In this document: one piece after another, positions 61,378-64,000 of the stretch
Layout of the letters: each line of letters opens with the position of its first letter
How positions within the stretch are numbered: the stretch's first letter is position 1
DNA from: Gloeobacterales cyanobacterium
GTDB lineage: Bacteria; Cyanobacteriota; Cyanobacteriia; Gloeobacterales; PMM-0068
Length of the DNA stretch: 64,000 nt
NCBI GenBank assembly: GCA_038245785.1
Contig: JBBRSB010000010.1
Span: 32,001 to 96,000 of the forward strand
Direction: 5' to 3'
The notes under the pieces: generated by a model
What the model was told of the DNA's origin: nothing
What the model saw: only the letters and a program-made list of their open reading frames with translations
Database searches by the model: none
Program-made: the position numbers and the translations under genes

Positions 61378-61510
61378 CAAATACATCAATGTGCTTGAAA
61401 TAAGAAGAATTTAACAGAAATGAAAAGCCTGACTAAAGATCTTAGCAGGACCCTAAATCCGAGCGAGTGCGTCTAAGCAGCTATAATTTCCGAAATTCGC
61501 AGGTGTACAT

Positions 61511-61906
61511 GTGAGGCGAAGGTTTCTGTTGACGTTCATCGGGATGCTATGGCCCACTGTTTCCAAGGCACAGCAGCTATCCAATGGGGTGACGCAGCGT
61601 ATCAACGTTACCTGTAGTCCTGGAGACCCCTATACCAGCCAATTCTGGCCAACGCTTGGGGCACGTCGCATTACGGCGATCGTCAATTCGGAAGTGAAAG
61701 CGACAGCCTTTTTGGACATGAGCACTGATCCGCTGGACAATAAGAGTACGGTTTTGGGAGTCGCCTCAGTGGACCTACAACCCAAGCAGGCGCAAATACT
61801 TGCTTTGCCTCCAGCCTTTACCAACGTCCAAGCCGTACGCCTACGCATCGTTAATCAAGACGAGACCTTCGGACGCGTGATTGCCACCCTGTCCGTCGGG
61901 CGCTAG
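61511..61906 (+). CDS. Hypothetical exported protein (Tat-like RRRFL signal)
   Basis: MRRRFLLTFIGMLWPTVSKA signal followed by a beta-rich domain. Confidence 0.6.
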   Translation: MRRRFLLTFIGMLWPTVSKAQQLSNGVTQRINVTCSPGDPYTSQFWPTLGARRITAIVNSEVKATAFLDMSTDPLDNKSTVLGVASVDLQPKQAQILALPPAFTNVQAVRLRIVNQDETFGRVIATLSVGR

Positions 61907-61972
61907 ATCCTGCAAAGCGAAATAGTAAACTTCTGGCAAACATCCCTAAATTCGACTTGGATAGTAGGGTTT

Positions 61973-63913
61973 CTAAAAAGCTATTTCTTCATCATCCAGT
62001 TCATCATCAAGAACAGGCGTATCGTCCGCTAGGGCTGCCATTTCTTCGTAGCTAAGGTAAGTCTGTATTTCTAGTTCTTTGATGCGTTGATATTCTTCAT
62101 GCATCTCTTCTTGATAGAAGCGGGCCTGTTCTGGGTCTAGACAGTCTTCCCAATAGCGCACCCATTGGCGGTAGCTACGCTGGCAAATCTCTAATTCCAT
62201 ATTTGCTAGGGCTGCTCGGACAACCATACTTGGGCGCATCAGGGCCACACGTCCAAGTTCGCTAATCCACAAAAGCTCTGTTAATTGGCCGTTGAGTTTA
62301 GGATCGTCACATCTTCCCCTCAGGGCTAATAATAAATCGGCATCGACTTCTAGCTCTTCCTGCAGTTCTAGAATAATTTGCCAGAGCGTACGATGATGAG
62401 AAATTGAGAATTCCAGGGTTCGTTCTTCTAGTCCTCGGAAGATATCCGCCCGATATTCTGGATAGTTCAAAAAGATTTGCAGCAGTTGAAACTCAGCCTG
62501 TTGGAGTTTCATCCCTCCAAGCGATTGATTGATTCCGGACTTAGACTTTTGAGGTTTATTTCCTCCCCAGCGCAAAGCTCGGATCCGAAAACGCAATTCT
62601 TCTTCAAGCTGTATGGCTAAACGACTGTTTCCTTCTGCCAAACGGTCCGCTATATGCTGGAGATACTGAGGGCGACTCAGGGTATCGGTTAGTTCTGATA
62701 GAAGTGCGACTACTTGTTCGCTACAGGCTTTGAAATGTTCGGGGAGACGAAGATTTTTACCCGCGAATGCTTGGTCTAGGAGCCAATCCAGGAGAGGTTT
62801 TGCCTGGTTTACCAGAGCCTCATATTCAGCAGGGCTATGATGACGCAGGAATTCATCAGGGTCTTTGCCGTCAGGAACGACCAAAATCCGAAACTGGACG
62901 GCCATACTGGCGGCGAGCGATTTCACCGATTCCAAAGCCCGATGAGTAGCCTTATTTCCTGCCACATCCCCATCAAAATTGAGAATTACTCGGTTTGAAA
63001 CGGTATAGCGCAGAAGCAGTTTTACTTGGTCTTGAGTCAGCGCTGTTCCGAGGGAGGCGACCACATTTTTGATGCCTGCTTGATGGAGGGCAATCGCATC
63101 AAAATACCCTTCGACGACCACGGCCTCATCTTTACGGCTAATCCCATCCTTGCTGAGGTGCAGGGCATAGAGCGTGCGGCCCTTAGAAAACAGTTCCGTT
63201 TCTGGAGAGTTGAGATATTTGGGCTGCTCTTCTCCAAGACTACGCCCCCCAAAAGCGACGACCTGTCCTCGGTCATTGCAGATAGGGACCATCAATCGAT
63301 GACGGAAGTAGTCGTACCAGCCAGCCCCGTTATTGCGGGAGCGGATCAGGCCACACTCTGCCACCAGTTGGACGGGATAGCGCTTTTGCTCCACCAGATA
63401 GCTATAGAGTCCCTGCCACCCTTGGGGTGCATAGCCTAGTTGAAAATGCTGTATAGTCTCGGCACTGATGTTGCGTTGATGTAAATATTCCAGGGCTGGA
63501 CGACCGGGTTTACTTTGCAGAGCATAGCTATAGAATTCTGCGGCCTGTTGAAGAATTTCCAACAGCTGCTGTTGGCGAGAAAGCTGCCGTGCAAATTCTG
63601 CTTTCTTCTCTGGATGCAGCGTATGAACAGGCACTTGATAGCGCTGAGCCAGTTCCAGGGCTGCTTCAGCAAAAGGAACCTTATTGATTTCTGCAACGAA
63701 CTTAAAGACGTCGCCCGCAGCACCACAGCTAAAGCACTTATAAATACCTTTACTGGCACTGACGTAAAAACTGGGACTCTTATCATCGTGAAACGGGCAC
63801 AAGCCTTTGAAATCCCGGCCAGACTTGCGCAACACCACCTTATCGCCGACCACCTCAACGATATCCGCCCTTTGGCGGACCATTTCAATGGTTTTGGGGT
63901 GTAGTTTTTCCAT
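61973..63913 (-). CDS. dnaG: DNA primase
   Basis: CPFHDDKSPSF..CFSC, KYLNSPET, EGYFD and FDGDVAG. Confidence 0.97.
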   Translation of the reverse strand: MEKLHPKTIEMVRQRADIVEVVGDKVVLRKSGRDFKGLCPFHDDKSPSFYVSASKGIYKCFSCGAAGDVFKFVAEINKVPFAEAALELAQRYQVPVHTLHPEKKAEFARQLSRQQQLLEILQQAAEFYSYALQSKPGRPALEYLHQRNISAETIQHFQLGYAPQGWQGLYSYLVEQKRYPVQLVAECGLIRSRNNGAGWYDYFRHRLMVPICNDRGQVVAFGGRSLGEEQPKYLNSPETELFSKGRTLYALHLSKDGISRKDEAVVVEGYFDAIALHQAGIKNVVASLGTALTQDQVKLLLRYTVSNRVILNFDGDVAGNKATHRALESVKSLAASMAVQFRILVVPDGKDPDEFLRHHSPAEYEALVNQAKPLLDWLLDQAFAGKNLRLPEHFKACSEQVVALLSELTDTLSRPQYLQHIADRLAEGNSRLAIQLEEELRFRIRALRWGGNKPQKSKSGINQSLGGMKLQQAEFQLLQIFLNYPEYRADIFRGLEERTLEFSISHHRTLWQIILELQEELEVDADLLLALRGRCDDPKLNGQLTELLWISELGRVALMRPSMVVRAALANMELEICQRSYRQWVRYWEDCLDPEQARFYQEEMHEEYQRIKELEIQTYLSYEEMAALADDTPVLDDELDDEEIAF

Positions 63914-64000
63914 AGGGAGCTAATATTTTAGCGCCTTGGGCAGAATTAAAGATACTACGGTGACTCAAAGCGTCTCAGGGAAAGTCTATGCTGTCTTTTA

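Overview
A gene-dense cyanobacterial chromosome segment. An early-branching, Gloeobacterales-like source is inferred from three things: rpsD is still inside the rpsM-rpsK-rpsD-rpoA-rplQ operon, CP47 is long (539 aa) and divergent, and I saw no HIP1 GCGATCGC by eye. The core content is a tocopherol trio (gamma-TMT, hpt, hppD), mraY, a plant/Chlamydia-type fabI, a stand-alone alpha ribosomal operon with a perfect sigma70 promoter, folE, cpdA, crtO, phoU, tgt, EPS genes (wza-like, two WcaJ-like transferases), tRNA-Gln, leuS, nadK-nblR-like-ispD, hfq-nanE, frameshifted prfB, an HLIP, gloA, a TrpE/PabB-like gene and dnaG. A compact photosystem II cluster (rubA-ycf48-psbEFLJ, psbM, ferredoxin, psbB-psbT, psbN) includes several small genes missing from the ORF track. 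The most unusual items are: (1) a DUF6883-like toxin gene broken by one amber codon, followed by a DUF4926-like domain fused to a cyanobacterial AbrB domain; (2) the plant/chlamydial-type FabI; (3) a plastid-like psbB-psbT><psbN arrangement without psbH; (4) a TetR regulator fused to an IS1 InsA-like domain; (5) a TIR-bounded MITE carrying a RAYT fragment and a perfect REP palindrome; (6) an IS200/IS605 right-end-like remnant. All family assignments are by eye from recalled motifs, and no searches were run.
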